Below are positions 1 to 11,880 of a stretch of DNA of 64,000 nt, piece after piece. How positions within the stretch are numbered: position 1 is the first letter of the stretch; each line of letters opens with the position of its first letter. The stretch is taken from contig NW_003314301.1 in the NCBI RefSeq assembly GCF_000143415.4, positions 213,170-277,169 on the forward strand, in the 5' to 3' direction. The notes below the pieces were generated by a model. It was not told the origin of the DNA and made no database searches. It saw only the letters and a list, made by a program, of their open reading frames with translations. Source of the stretch: Selaginella moellendorffii. Its lineage: Eukaryota > Plantae > Lycopodiophyta. Position numbers and translations under genes: made by a program.

Positions 1-256
1 TGGGCTTCCTTCTCAGCCCTCACTGGAGCAGTAAGAAAATTTCCGGAAACGCTTAGAGCTCGCAGATCGAAGAGGACTTACCGGATTCGGCCGGAGGAAG
101 AGGCTTGGAAGGAAGCTTTGCATGATGGAGATCCTTCTTGGGCGAGGATTTGCTTGGAGCTGGAGGCGCCGCCGCGGTGGCAGCCGTGCTGTACTTCGCT
201 ACAGGATCCTCGTCCTCATCGTCGCCCAACAGCGCAAATCGATTGAAAGCAGCCAT
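1..256 (-). CDS. Hyaluronan/mRNA-binding (RGGA/Stm1-like) protein, 5' part; continues beyond window start
   Basis: N-terminus MAAFNRFALLGDDEDEDP..KLPSKPLPPAES is typical of plant RGG RNA-binding proteins; GTAAG donor at ~81. Confidence 0.7.
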
Positions 257-884
257 TTCGAGGCAAAATCAGCTGGATGCCCCAAGATTCTCACATTTGC
301 CGGCGAGGTGGGAGAAATGCGCTATCCCGGCATGGGCAGCCGCCACATCCGCTTCCATCGCCTATCTCGAAGAACCCTAAATTTGTGTAAGAGCCCTAAT
401 TTCCATTTACATTTATTTCAAACTGACATTTTATTTTGAAGGAGACTCTATCCAATGCGAATTCATATTCGTGCTACCAGCAAAATCTCAAGAAATTTAT
501 GGTGTAATATCACCACATTATATTAGCATTAAAGAATTTCTCTCGTTAATTATTATATTTTTTGGATTTTTGAGAATTGGTTTGGTTCTTTCATTTTTGG
601 TAATGGTTTGAGACCACGACCCGATCAAACTGAAACAATCCAAGCTATGGTTTTGATCAAGTCAGTGAAATTAGCGTGTTATCCTTCTTTGTCCCCTTCA
701 ATCTTTATGCTTGACCAAGTCAGATCTGGAGTGCTTGACACTGCCAGTCGGTGACAACTACTATATAAACTCAAGCAAACTCCACATTTCTCCTCACTCC
801 ATTCTCCGTCAATCAAGTAGCATCACAGCAAAAAATATCAAAAGCTTTGATCAATCAGCTAAACTCTTGCTGCCAAGATACAAG

Positions 885-1538
885 ATGTCTTACAAGTTAG
901 CCATTTGTCTGGTTGCCATTTGTGCCATTGCTTTCGTCCATGGTTCAGATGAAGATGCCCTCCAGGATTTCTGTGTCCGCGACGAAAACAGCAACACCAT
1001 CGTCAATGGATTCACTTGCAAGCCTGCTGCGGCAACTCTAGCCAGTGATTTCATGTTCCAGGGGCTCCGCAACCCCGGGAACACCAACAACGAGCTCGGA
1101 TCCATAGTCACCAATGCAAATGTTGGCGTATTCCCGGGAATCAACACTCTTGGAGTCTCTTTTGCGAGGATTGATTATGCTCCATACGGTGTCAATCCCC
1201 CCCACGTCCACCCCCGAGGAACCGAGCTCCTCTTCCTCCAGCAAGGAACACTCTATGTTGGATTCGTGAGCACCACCAACAACACACTCTTCGCTCAAAC
1301 TTTGCATCCAGGGGATCTCTTTGTGTTTCCGCGTGGTCTCATTCACTTCCAGCTCAACGTTGGGAAGACACCGGCTGTTGTTCTTGCGGGATTCAACTCC
1401 CAGAATCCGGGTGTCACCCAGGTAGCCAAAGCCGTGTTTGCATCCAATCCTCCCATTTATGACGCCGTCATCAAGAGGGCGTTCCAGATCAATCCCAAGC
1501 TCATCCAGCAGCTCAGGGACCTCATCAAGCAGACTTAA
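885..1538 (+). CDS. Germin-like protein (cupin), secreted, intronless
   Basis: Signal peptide; box A LQDFCV; germin box GVNPPHVHPRGTE; box C GDLFVFPRGLIHFQ; TATA-like ctatataaa at ~761. Confidence 0.95.
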   Translation: MSYKLAICLVAICAIAFVHGSDEDALQDFCVRDENSNTIVNGFTCKPAAATLASDFMFQGLRNPGNTNNELGSIVTNANVGVFPGINTLGVSFARIDYAPYGVNPPHVHPRGTELLFLQQGTLYVGFVSTTNNTLFAQTLHPGDLFVFPRGLIHFQLNVGKTPAVVLAGFNSQNPGVTQVAKAVFASNPPIYDAVIKRAFQINPKLIQQLRDLIKQT

Positions 1539-1853
1539 TCAGCTTGCTTTTGCAATGATTCTTCTGTAATTTTCAAGAATAAGATTGAATAAAGAACTTT
1601 ACCTTTTCAACTGCTTAAAATATTTAAAATAACAATTAAATAATTTAAACCTGAAATATTTGTACGGCCGCTGGCTCGTTGTACGGGTCCGCTTGTAAAT
1701 AACTGCCTTCACTGTCTGCTGAAGCGGGAAAACTTAAATTTTAGGGCTCGTGTGGTGCTAGGGCTAAGGGCTCCATGACAATGCCGGGGGATCCCAGCGC
1801 CATGGCAGCGATCTTGAGGTAGGGCATTTCTCGCGTCCATCGCAAGCGGCGCC

Positions 1854-3358
1854 ATGGGGCTGTCACTGGGAGGAGGATTGGAGACGGCAAACACCCCTCG
1901 CAAGAGGCGGCCGTTTGCGCCGTCGCGGCCACACACGGCAGGGGTTACCGCGATCTCGCACAGGCCACAGACGGCACCAGCGAGGCCCCAGTCGAGCCCC
2001 AGGAAGAGAATGGATCGAAACAGCCCCTATTCTCCGCGGAATCGCGTCGTCACGCCGAGGTCTGCGAACTTGAGCCGGCCCCAAACCGCTGGCGAGCCCT
2101 TTGCGCTCAATTCCTCGGCTTGGGGGATGAAGCCGATGCCTGCCGGGTCTCCAGCTTCCGGCCGGTCGAGAGGGAGCGATTCTTCCAGGTGTGGCCTCGA
2201 TCGAGAGACGCTCGTCAAAGAGCTTGTCGAGTTGAAGAAGCTTGTGGCGGAGCAAAACAGGCAGCAAAAGAAGCAGAAGCTTCTAGCTTCCGCGGTGGAG
2301 CACGAGAATAGGTACCATTTCCTTTGTCATTTCATCACATCTTGTTTTCTTTCGCTGTGATTCTTCCAACTTACAGGAAGTTGGAGAGGGACATATTGGA
2401 TCTTGAGTTGAAAGGAATTGCCGACGCCCTCAGTGATTACGACTCACCGTTTCTTCGCGAGAAACTCCAAGGTATGTTAATTGTATTTCCTTTTGATCGA
2501 AGCTCTTCAACTCTCTGGCTTGTTTGGCTGCAAACGTAGATTTCAAGACAAGGATCAGCTACTTGCAAAGGGCTTGCCGGCTCCAAAGTGAGGAGCTCTG
2601 CCTTTTGCGAAGAGATGTCCGTGGAACGCACACCAAGGTGCCTAGTAGTCTCGTGACAGGGATAGACAGCCCTTAATTTCTTTTTGTCTCGCAAGGGAAC
2701 AGGAGCTTGAAATGGAGCGAGACGTTTTTGCAGAGGAAGCGTTCTTCTTGCAGAGGGTGGCGAGAAAGCTGGCAACGATTCAGACCCGGATCAACTCCGA
2801 GAACAAGGAGATTCAGCAAATGTTAGCGAAGAACGAACAGCTGGAAGCAGCCAACTATCAAACCCAGTCCAACATCACGGTATCTCCAGCGTTGTCCCCG
2901 ATCTCTAGCTGATGGAAACGAGCAAAGTTTTGCAGGAAGTATCCAATGTGCTTCAGAAGGTGACGCATTCTCTGTCCATCTGCCGGTTCAAGACGAGCGA
3001 GGCATCCATCGCCAGCAAGAGGTATTTGAAGCAGGGCAAGGACGTGAGAAGGCGTGGATTGGCAGCCGAGCAGTCGATCCAACGCCTCAAGGATCAAAAG
3101 CTCAGGTTCCAGATCAGGATGTCCATTCTAGAGAAGAAGCTCGTCGCGTCCAAGAAGGAGCTGGCCATTGTGCTTCAAGAGAGAGACAAAGGCAGGGCAG
3201 CTAAAATGAAGAAATACATTGAGGAGCAAAGCAAGGCCATGAGATCTCCCAGGCACAGGACGCCACCTCGCCGGTCTCCAAAGCCAGTTCCAGCTGACAG
3301 CGTTGTGGGAAGTCTCTCTGATCGCTCACAAAAGGAGAAGTTTGGCAAGAAAGACTAA
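1854..3358 (+). CDS. Coiled-coil protein, IQCE-like (putative ciliary), multi-exon
   Basis: Exons ~1854-2311, 2377-2471, 2540-2637, 2703-2879, 2909-3358; spliced ELVELKK..EHENRKLERDI and FKTRISYLQRAC..RDVRGTHTKELEMERDVFAEEAFFLQ resemble the IQCE coiled coil as recalled; RPQTA motifs. Confidence 0.5.
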
Positions 3359-3584
3359 GCTTCTTCCTAAGTTCCGGGGACTTACATCCATGGGAGCCTC
3401 CACGACAAGTTAACAGACTCCTGGCCGGAAGAGTTCCTTAAGCGGCCTCTCCAGGTAGCGATTTTCTGCTTTCATCTCATATGTCACTCACACTGGTTTT
3501 TTTATTTGCAGAGCAGAGTGTAAAACAACTCCAGAGAAGCACAAGCCTTGGAGAAAATGGTAGAATTCATTCATCCATCTCCTC

Positions 3585-5093
3585 CTACTCATATTCATCT
3601 AAAGCAGGATCTTCTCGGCAGACGTGTGACACGAGCATATACGGCCCGGAAGTCGTAACGTTCAACTCCATTATCCTCTGGGCGACGCGCTCGCCTCGCT
3701 CGGTATCCCCGTGCTTGCAGCAAGCGCTCAGCAGCGTCGTCCACGCAGCCACGTCCGGCTTAAACGGCATCGAGGTAAGCAGCTCCTCCGCTTCTTCCAG
3801 TAACTTAGCTCGTCCCAGCAGGTCCACCATGCAACAAAAGTGCTCCAGCACGAGAGGAACGCCATACACGGGCTTGATCGACACGAAGTGGTCGCGCCCC
3901 TGCGAGAGGAGCCCGAGATGAGCGCAACCAACGAGCAAGTTGATGAAGGTCACCTCGTTTGGCCGGACTCCGTCCAGGTTTAGCCTCCGAAAGAGCTCCC
4001 CGACTTGATGGTGGTGCCCATTTTGAGCGTAGGCCGTCATCATCGCGTTCCAGGAGACAACGTTCCGGTTTGGCATGAGATCCAGCAACTCTCGAGCTTG
4101 GTGGAGGTGGCCGTGCTGCGTGTAAGTCGCGAGCATACAGTTCAATGAAACCATGTCCTTTTGAGGCATGCTCTCGAAGAAACTCTGCGCTTCCACGAGA
4201 TGGGCATTTGCGGCGTGTGCTGAGATCATTACGTTCCAGGTGAAAACGTCCCAGGCAGGCATTTTTCGGAACAAAGACATAGCCGTGTCAAGATGCCCCT
4301 TTTGGGCATTTGCTTGCACCATGCCATTCCACGTAACAACGTTCCGCTCGGGGCATTTGATAAACACCTCGCGAGCCTTTTCTAGTTGAAAAGCCTCTAC
4401 GCAAGCTTGTACCATGGCTGTCCAGGTTACCACGTTTCTCTGTGGCATGAGATCAAAGGTTTTGGTGGTTTTCAGCAAATCCCCCACATTGGCAAACGCA
4501 GTAATTAGAGCAGTCCAGGATATCACGTCGCGTTCTTCCATTTGGTGAAAAATTTGATGAACTATTGATGTTTCCTTCTTTTCCGCGAACGCAGTGATTA
4601 GCCTATTCCACGATCGAATCTCGTGCTGCGGCATGTAATGAAAGAACTGTTTCGCTTTGTGCAAATCCCCGGCTTGGGCAAATCCAGTTATCATCGAGTT
4701 CCACACCGCGCAATCTCTGTGGCACATGGTATCGAAGATGGATTTCGCCTCGTCGATGTGTCCCGCGAGCGTATAGCCATTGACCATGGCGGTCCAGGAA
4801 ACGGCGTCTGGATGCGGCATCATGTTGAGTGCCGCGCGCGCGCGATCGAAGTGCCCGTTGCGCACGTAGGCGGTGATGAGCGCGTTCCACGAGTAGGAAT
4901 TCGGATCCGGGATGCGATCGAACACCAGTTGGGCTTGCTCCACGCACGAAAGCCTCCCATACATGTCCACGAGGAGATTGGCGACGAACCGGCTGTGGCA
5001 ATTGCTGCTCACGATGAAAGAATCGATGGCGCGGAGCTGCGCGACGCTCTCGCTGGACCGGATCGCCCGAATCACACCGGCAAAATCGATCAT
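3585..5093 (-). CDS. PLS/SS-type pentatricopeptide repeat protein with truncated E region, intronless
   Basis: Tandem ~31-aa xxVSWN/TAMI..YA..G..A..F..M repeats; HFCCMVDLLGRA..MPFKPD..AWTTLL. Confidence 0.95.
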   Translation of the reverse strand: MIDFAGVIRAIRSSESVAQLRAIDSFIVSSNCHSRFVANLLVDMYGRLSCVEQAQLVFDRIPDPNSYSWNALITAYVRNGHFDRARAALNMMPHPDAVSWTAMVNGYTLAGHIDEAKSIFDTMCHRDCAVWNSMITGFAQAGDLHKAKQFFHYMPQHEIRSWNRLITAFAEKKETSIVHQIFHQMEERDVISWTALITAFANVGDLLKTTKTFDLMPQRNVVTWTAMVQACVEAFQLEKAREVFIKCPERNVVTWNGMVQANAQKGHLDTAMSLFRKMPAWDVFTWNVMISAHAANAHLVEAQSFFESMPQKDMVSLNCMLATYTQHGHLHQARELLDLMPNRNVVSWNAMMTAYAQNGHHHQVGELFRRLNLDGVRPNEVTFINLLVGCAHLGLLSQGRDHFVSIKPVYGVPLVLEHFCCMVDLLGRAKLLEEAEELLTSMPFKPDVAAWTTLLSACCKHGDTERGERVAQRIMELNVTTSGPYMLVSHVCREDPALDEYE

Positions 5094-5489
5094 TCGCCGC
5101 TACCTTCGCCATCAAAGAAAGAACATCCCGGGGAGATGAGACCAAGAATGTTTAAACTATTACAAGTATAGAATATTCTGGCGAGTATATGAAATATTCT
5201 ACATCATGGGTTTCTGCTGTCTCCAAGGGGCCTGCATCCCAAGCAGGAGAGCTCCTCCTGCTCTTCAACCAGAAGGGGTTGCCTCTGTGACTTGGAGTTA
5301 TATTTGCGATTGAGTTTGTGGAGTTGATGATGTTGCAGAAAAATTGGCAGAGCACTCGAAATTGTTTTGTTTCACTTTTGGCGCTCATAAGATTGTCCTA
5401 TAGACAGATGATAGAATTGTGACAATGGTGGTGATTATCAAAGACACTTTGAGTAGTCAGGTTTGGAGCAACTGATATGTTCATTGAGG

Positions 5490-6432
5490 TGGAAGTGGGC
5501 TAGAGGAGGCGATTGCAAAGGAGGAGGCTGGAAACGGCTCTCGGAAGCTCCCTGGAGGCTTCATATCTTTCTTCGCTGGAGATTCATATCTTTCGGATGA
5601 CAACGAAATTGCAAGGTAGGTAGAGCTCTGTTATTTTGAAGCTTATCTAGATCTATGATGAGGATGCATTGGGCTCTCGCGAAGTCCAGATGCTGGCTCC
5701 CTCCTGCATGACGAGTTCGTGTGCATGAATCTCCAGGCTATGGGCGAAGATGGGAACCTGAAAGATGGCGCGTTGCCCGAGTTTCTTAACTTCAGGCCTG
5801 CGTACGCGAAGCCCTCGCTTCCAGCAGCGCTTGCTCACGAGGCCTTCGGGAACGTGTTCGGACATCGTCTTCTTCATGAAGCTGGCAGTCAAGTGTTCCC
5901 GGTATTACGATTACAAGGATGAAGTCGCCGAGTTATGGAAAGCAGGAATGGACTTTATCAACGAACTCAACACTGGGGGGCTGAGCTGCCGCCACCATGA
6001 TTTGCGGGCTTTATTGACAGCTTTGGAGGCGAAAGTTGGGATATTCGCAAGCAAGTGTGACCCAGGCAAGCAAGGCCCGCAGTATGTGAGGCCCTACTGG
6101 GCAGATTGGAGACAGGGATAAGTTCTACCTGACTCGTTATCCTGCACTGCTGATCGAGCACATTGGGCCCTTCGTTCGGATCAGTGCCGTTTTTTTGTTG
6201 GCAAGGTGTGCGTCACTCCGCTGACTCAACTTGCTGCTGCTTCACTAGCACGACATGTCCGTCGTTCACCTTTGCAAGGCAACCAGGCTGGCCCTGCAGG
6301 AGCTCTCTAGCTTCTACAGGAACCACAAAGGTGGGCACCTGACTGTCCCGTACCCTCTCAAGTGTTTCAAATACGTTCCCTGGCCCTTGGCAGCAGGGAA
6401 GCTGTTTTTTCTTGTCCGCAGCATGGTGGAGG
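5490..6432 (+). pseudogene. Degenerate Crinkler-like REase(-kinase) effector-family relic
   Basis: Motifs split over frames: RPAYAKPSLPAALAHEAF, EAKVGIFASKCDPGKQ..YW, GPFVRISAVF, RLALQELSSFY..PYP; in-frame stops and frameshifts. Confidence 0.4.
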
Positions 6433-6959
6433 TAAGGCTCTTAAGAGTGTTCAGATTTGTGATTTTTCTTTAGATTTAGCTTTAGCATCATTGATTTTCT
6501 TTTATTTTTTAAATTTTTTCTCCTCTCACAGTAAGTAAATCCTTTATTTATGGAGTAATAATTGCTATAATTGCTAAATGTTATGTAGTTGTAACTAGAC
6601 AATTAAACACAATTGATAGCAATATTCATGACATATGGTGCAACTTCTCTTCCTCCTACTCCTTTTACCAATCCTTAAATCTAGTTGGATTTTTTCTATA
6701 GAAATTCTAAAGATGATATATATTATTGGTTTAATCAATTCATAGTAAGTGCCACTTATCATTTTTAGGATGATGTTTGGATTTCATTATTACTTCTTAC
6801 CATTTGTTCATGCTCTTCTCATGTTCCCTCAATAATCTTTATAGTATTATAGTTGATTGGCTCAAAAAAAAGTATATTGATTTCTTCGACTTTCATATGT
6901 CTTCTAGGGAAAAGATTGCAATATGTCAATCTTCTTATAATTAAAGATGTTCATTTAAA

Positions 6960-8530
6960 CAAGATTTATGTTTAGTATTAATCACCAAAAGAGATCAAAA
7001 TCTTGTGAGCCAATATTAAGGAAATGTTAGAGAAGGGTGTTATTTGGAAAGTTTGAAATTGTTAACTATATAAACCTTATTTATGAAGTATGATAAAAGG
7101 ATTTGGTTCAACATCAACTATCACCCATTGAATGATATGATAGTTTTGAGTATGTACCCACTTCCTCGTTTAAAACAAAGCCATTAGCTCACCATGTTAG
7201 ATCTCACCTTTATGTATTGGCAATATTTTTAAAATTATTTTCTATATGAATGGATCAAAACATCATTAATGGATCATCTTTGACATATTATAAAAAACTT
7301 TATCCATATATTAGAAAGTCACTAAAACATTACTCAAACCAAATACCATCATTAAGTACTTGTATAAACTAAATAGTGAAGGTGATGTGGGAAGAACATA
7401 TTTATGATGTACATAAGGTTTGGATTGGTTATATAAAGTTGGTTTGAAGCTAAAGTAGTTTATAAAATCTAAAAACACCACTTATCTTAGGTTTTACATT
7501 TCTTATGAAGGTTTGCAAATTAATTTTGACAAGCTTATAATTGTTTTAAATTTTTCTACACTGAAGTGTATGAATAATGCATAGTGTTTCATTGGCAAAG
7601 TGCAATATCTTATTAATTATATTTTTTATTGTACTGCACCATTGTAAACATTATTAGAGTCATTGATATCATCTTTCATCTAATGTAAAACTGTAAATAG
7701 GTATTTATAGAACTCAAGGATGTTTTGCTAACTCCTCTACTTTTGGTATACACTAATTACATTTATCCTTTCATCTTGAGCATGAATGCTTATAATATTG
7801 ATTGAAGGATGCTAATATAAGAGAGTTTGAGTGTGCCTAATAAGTGGCTTAATAGTACTATATTTATGGTTGAGACATTTTATATATTAACATATCAACT
7901 AAGGATATGCCACACTTTTGTGAATGTTTATTATCCACAAATAAATAGTTTGATAAAATGATTTGTTAAAACCTTCAAGGGGATGATGGCAAAGTATATA
8001 ACTTTTCAATTAGAATGTGATAGTTATTTACATTTCTTTGGTATAGTTATATTATGAAGTGCAAAGTTTTACTGTTTCTTCACTATATAAAGTCTTATAT
8101 ACTCATGATCCTAGTTTGCCAATAAAATTGAGTTTATCTTTGTGATAGCTATAAACTATTAACATTGGGTAATGGGATTAATAGTTAATAATCATTCCTT
8201 CATTTATTTTAGTGGAACTTGATAAACATTTGAGCAGTTGGATAAAAATGGTACTGCAACATTAATTGTCACTATTTATGAAGTGTAGAGTGGATGATCG
8301 AGTGTTAATTCATTCTACCTGTCTTATAGTATATAGTTTATGTAAGGGGTTCATTGTTAGTTGAAAAAGACTATATAGCAAATTGAGTCATAAATTTATA
8401 AGGTTTAGCATAAAACTTTGAGCCTCCAGAAATTATACATGTAAAATGCTTCATATAAAGAGATTAGGAATAAATTACACTACTTATATATCCACCAATA
8501 CCTCATTTTCCTGAACTATCAACTAAAGAA
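6960..8530 (+). mobile_element. Highly degenerate Ty3/gypsy LTR-retrotransposon pol remnant (RT-RNaseH-integrase)
   Basis: KYDKRIWFNINYHPLNDMIVLSMYPLPR (7086-7170), MLDLTFMYWQ, LLVYTNYIYPFILSMNA (RNaseH entry), LVELDKHLSSW (integrase-like), in gypsy order; many stops; very AT-rich. Confidence 0.75.
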
Positions 8531-9531
8531 CAATAATTATTTTCCATCCTTCTGAGAGAAGGGGATGGTATAAGGGTAAGTGTATAGTTATAATGCCATA
8601 TACTATTATAAGTGTAATAAAATATTTATATAGAATTGACTCAATTTTTAACTCACTCTCAATTCTCTCTAGATTTAAATAGTGATCCCAAAGAGATCTC
8701 ACTACTAATGATACTAGTTGATAAATGATTATTTGTTCAGTTTTTGGTTGGAAAACCAAAGGTATTAAGGGAAACTAGATTAAACATAGTTTTTAAGTCT
8801 AGGATACATTCTATCAATTTCAATATTAATTATAATAATAAAAATGGTATATTTATTATCAATAACTAATAATCAAATGAAAAAATATTTCAGCTCATCT
8901 TTTAGAATATTTAGAATTTTTTTTTGAGTGGGTTTTGATTTTGCAACTCAAGGAACTTAAGTTTCATATATGTTTCAGAGCATTTTGTATTTTAAAATTT
9001 TTTAATAAAACGAATTTTAGAAAGCGTTCTATGAATATTTCTTATTAAAATTAATTAAAATTAAAATATATGCTCTAAATATTGTAATATACTTTTTACA
9101 AATAAGAAATTAATAAATAAAACTTACTTCTTTTATTTTTCATTAAGATTCTCAAGAGTGGGTCCCCTAAAATACTACCTTGATAGAGGTGATATTGTAT
9201 TAACTGCCAGATCATCAATAAAGCTGAGATAATTCTGTCCATCATCTTATTATAGTATTTTAATTCTTTAAAATACATATTGACACTGTTGTTACAAGTT
9301 AAGTTTTATATAATATAAACTTATTTAATTATATTTTCTAATTTAGCCAATTGTTAGATTTTGAGAAAAAAATCTTAATGGCTAAGTTACAACTTAAAAA
9401 CCTTTAAATGTGTGTATGGTAGTAACTTCAGGTCATTTGTGTGGTGTCATCTACACAAAGTTTTTCCTTTCATAATCTTAAATGACATTGATTCACCAAG
9501 CTTAAATCTTATTTTAAATCATTTAACACTT

Positions 9532-10434
9532 ATGTTTGAAATAATGTTTTTAATATTTTTAATATTATTCATAAAATTTACTATTTCAACTATAAATTAT
9601 AGTGGAAAAAATAGTATGACAGTTGATAGTGTTAATTTAATTATTCTTGCTATTGAATTAATGATTAATAACACTGAATCTGGAGAGTTACCAAAAGGTC
9701 AAAGTATGCAATATGATTATACAATACAAGATGATATATATGGTCCTTTAAGCATGACAAATCAAATATGGATTTATAGTTCAAATGGAAACTTTATTGA
9801 TACAACTTGTGGAGCAAATCTTGTTGAATATGAACACGATGATGGTGATAATGTAAGACATAGATTGACTACTCTATTAAATTTATATCGTAATAATATT
9901 CTTAATTTACGTGCAAGATTTGTTAGAATAGTATTTGGTTCTTATGCTATTGAGTTTATGGAAAAACATTCTGCACATAGATTACCACAAATTCAACATA
10001 CTATATCCAATAATTTACATGATTGTAGAATTTATCTCACTACTTTAATTAGTAATATGCCTTACAATTCCTTAAAAGCTACTGAATTTTTATTATCACC
10101 AAATAATAAAGCTTATTTATATTTACATTTAAATTGTATTCTTGCTTTATATGTAAGAAATGCTATAAAATGGTATAAAGGATCTTCAAATTTTAAAAAC
10201 TGTGAATTTAAGATAGAAATGGATGGGAATATTGTACTGTATTCTGATAATTCAATTATGGTTTGGTCTCCTAATGTATATTGTAATAAGAAGAGAAATT
10301 GTGATATAGGAAAAACATTTCTTTCTCTTCAAAGTGACTGTAATTTGGTATTATATGAATCCCATCAGAAAACATTTTTAAAACATCCTAAATTGAAGGT
10401 ATTGTGGGCTTCAAATACAAACCCATGTAATTAA
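9532..10434 (+). CDS. Secreted protein: unknown N-terminal domain + C-terminal bulb-type (GNA/B) lectin domain, intronless
   Basis: Hydrophobic leader MFEIMFLIFLILFIKFTIS; LLSPN..LYLHLNCILALY, EMDGNIVLY..VWS, LSLQSDCNLVLY..LWASNT (QxDxNxVxY motifs). Confidence 0.8.
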   Translation: MFEIMFLIFLILFIKFTISTINYSGKNSMTVDSVNLIILAIELMINNTESGELPKGQSMQYDYTIQDDIYGPLSMTNQIWIYSSNGNFIDTTCGANLVEYEHDDGDNVRHRLTTLLNLYRNNILNLRARFVRIVFGSYAIEFMEKHSAHRLPQIQHTISNNLHDCRIYLTTLISNMPYNSLKATEFLLSPNNKAYLYLHLNCILALYVRNAIKWYKGSSNFKNCEFKIEMDGNIVLYSDNSIMVWSPNVYCNKKRNCDIGKTFLSLQSDCNLVLYESHQKTFLKHPKLKVLWASNTNPCN

Positions 10435-10628
10435 TTGTAATTTCTTTGCTATGCCCTTTGCAAATTGAGAGAAAACTGTGATAATTTGTATACAACTAGT
10501 CAACAATTTTCAAAAGAAATAAAGACTCTACCTACTTCAGTTGCTCCCTTAGAGAAACTCCTTAATACGGTTTCTATGTTTTTTGAGATGTAATTTAGAT
10601 TTACATGCAGTTTAAGGGTAATTTAAAG

Positions 10629-11820
10629 TTAAACCCTAGAAATATTTCTCTTTCGATTATGCCCTCCATCTTCCCATGTGAGATCCGAGAAGCTCCATTT
10701 CGGCGCTTGGGGATCCGCCGTTATGGTTCCCTTGGCGGAGACGGTGACGCTGTAGGTCAGCTTCTGTCCGGGCTTGTGAAGCTCAGCTTGCTGGGAGTGA
10801 CCGAGATCGAGATTCCCTTGGCGCTTCCCCGGAAGCGGTGTAGGTCGCGCCGGGATTTCCCACATTGGTCACTGTCCTCTCCACCGTCTTGCTGGATCCA
10901 TCCAAGAGGACTGCGATGGAGGGATAGTTATGGCTGAAAGAGGTGTCGTTCTTGGGGCATTTGCTGCTACTGTCGCCTGTGATGTTTTGGATTTGCTTGG
11001 AGGTATAGCCCGAGTTACATATAGTCGAGAGGATCAGTGTCGTAGACTAGTCCTGGATCGACTACTTTTGCTGGTTGGATCTCACCGTTTCCAACGTCGA
11101 AAACAGTCGCTGCCTTGTTAGTGCTTGGATCGACGATTGTTTTGTTGGTGTTGGCTTTGGTGATAGCTTGAGTCTCCAGTTTTATTTTGTTTTCTCTCGA
11201 CTTACCTGTGGTCATGACTGCTGATTTGATCGCCGCAGGACTCCATGTTGGGTGAATGGATTTCAAGTAAGCGATGGTGCCACTGACGTGAGGGCACGCC
11301 ATGGAAGTTCCAGAGAGAAAAGTGTACTCCACGAACACTTCCTTTCCATTGTCAGTGTCGGGGATATTGCTTGGCCAAGCTGCTAAGATCTCGACTCCTG
11401 GAGCGGTAACGTCCGGCTGCAACGCGAGATAAGTCACAAGCTTCATGGTATGTTTTTCGAGTACCTTGATGATATCCGGACTGATTGTGTGTGGACCTCT
11501 TGACGAAAACTCCGCTACGAGAGGTGCTGGCTTGTAAGGAATCGTTGTTCCTCTGAGAATTCGTGATTTACGACTGCACAGAAAGCACGAAGCCAAGAGT
11601 AAGTTTCCATCACCTTTTGATCATCTGTTATACTTACTTGGCTGCTATTTTAGCATCCTCGTTGATCTCCCTGTCGATTGTACTGGCACCGACTGTGAAG
11701 ATCCAGGGAGCACCGTTGGACACTAGAGTTTCCACCAGCGCAAGAGACCATGATTCCTCTTTCAACGGCGTGATAGGCACCAATCGCAATGACGTCTATG
11801 CTGTAAACTCCGAGATGGAC
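10629..11820 (-). pseudogene. Subtilisin-like serine protease (S8) pseudogene, 3' part
   Basis: FSSRGP, PDVTAPGVEILAAW, SGTSMACPHVSG, Fn3-like tail; stop/frameshift after DPLDYM; PA domain and catalytic D/H region missing. Confidence 0.85.
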
Positions 11821-11880
11821 TAAGCGATTGTTTAGATTGCTAAACCTTTCTTTTTCTTTTTATCTTTGTTTTTTGAGCAG

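Noticed and set aside
711-884. 58-aa N-terminal extension of the germin ORF
   Set aside because: Non-ATG start that spans the TATA box; the signal peptide begins at ATG 885
3481-3921. ORF antisense to the PPR 3' end, and many other shadow ORFs over PPR, SRPK, AHA1 and oxygenase
   Set aside because: Expected antisense or alternative frames of GC-rich coding DNA
9096-9278. QGSILGDPLL resembling the LINE RT motif QGSxLGPLL
   Set aside because: Single imperfect motif with no YADD or other RT blocks nearby
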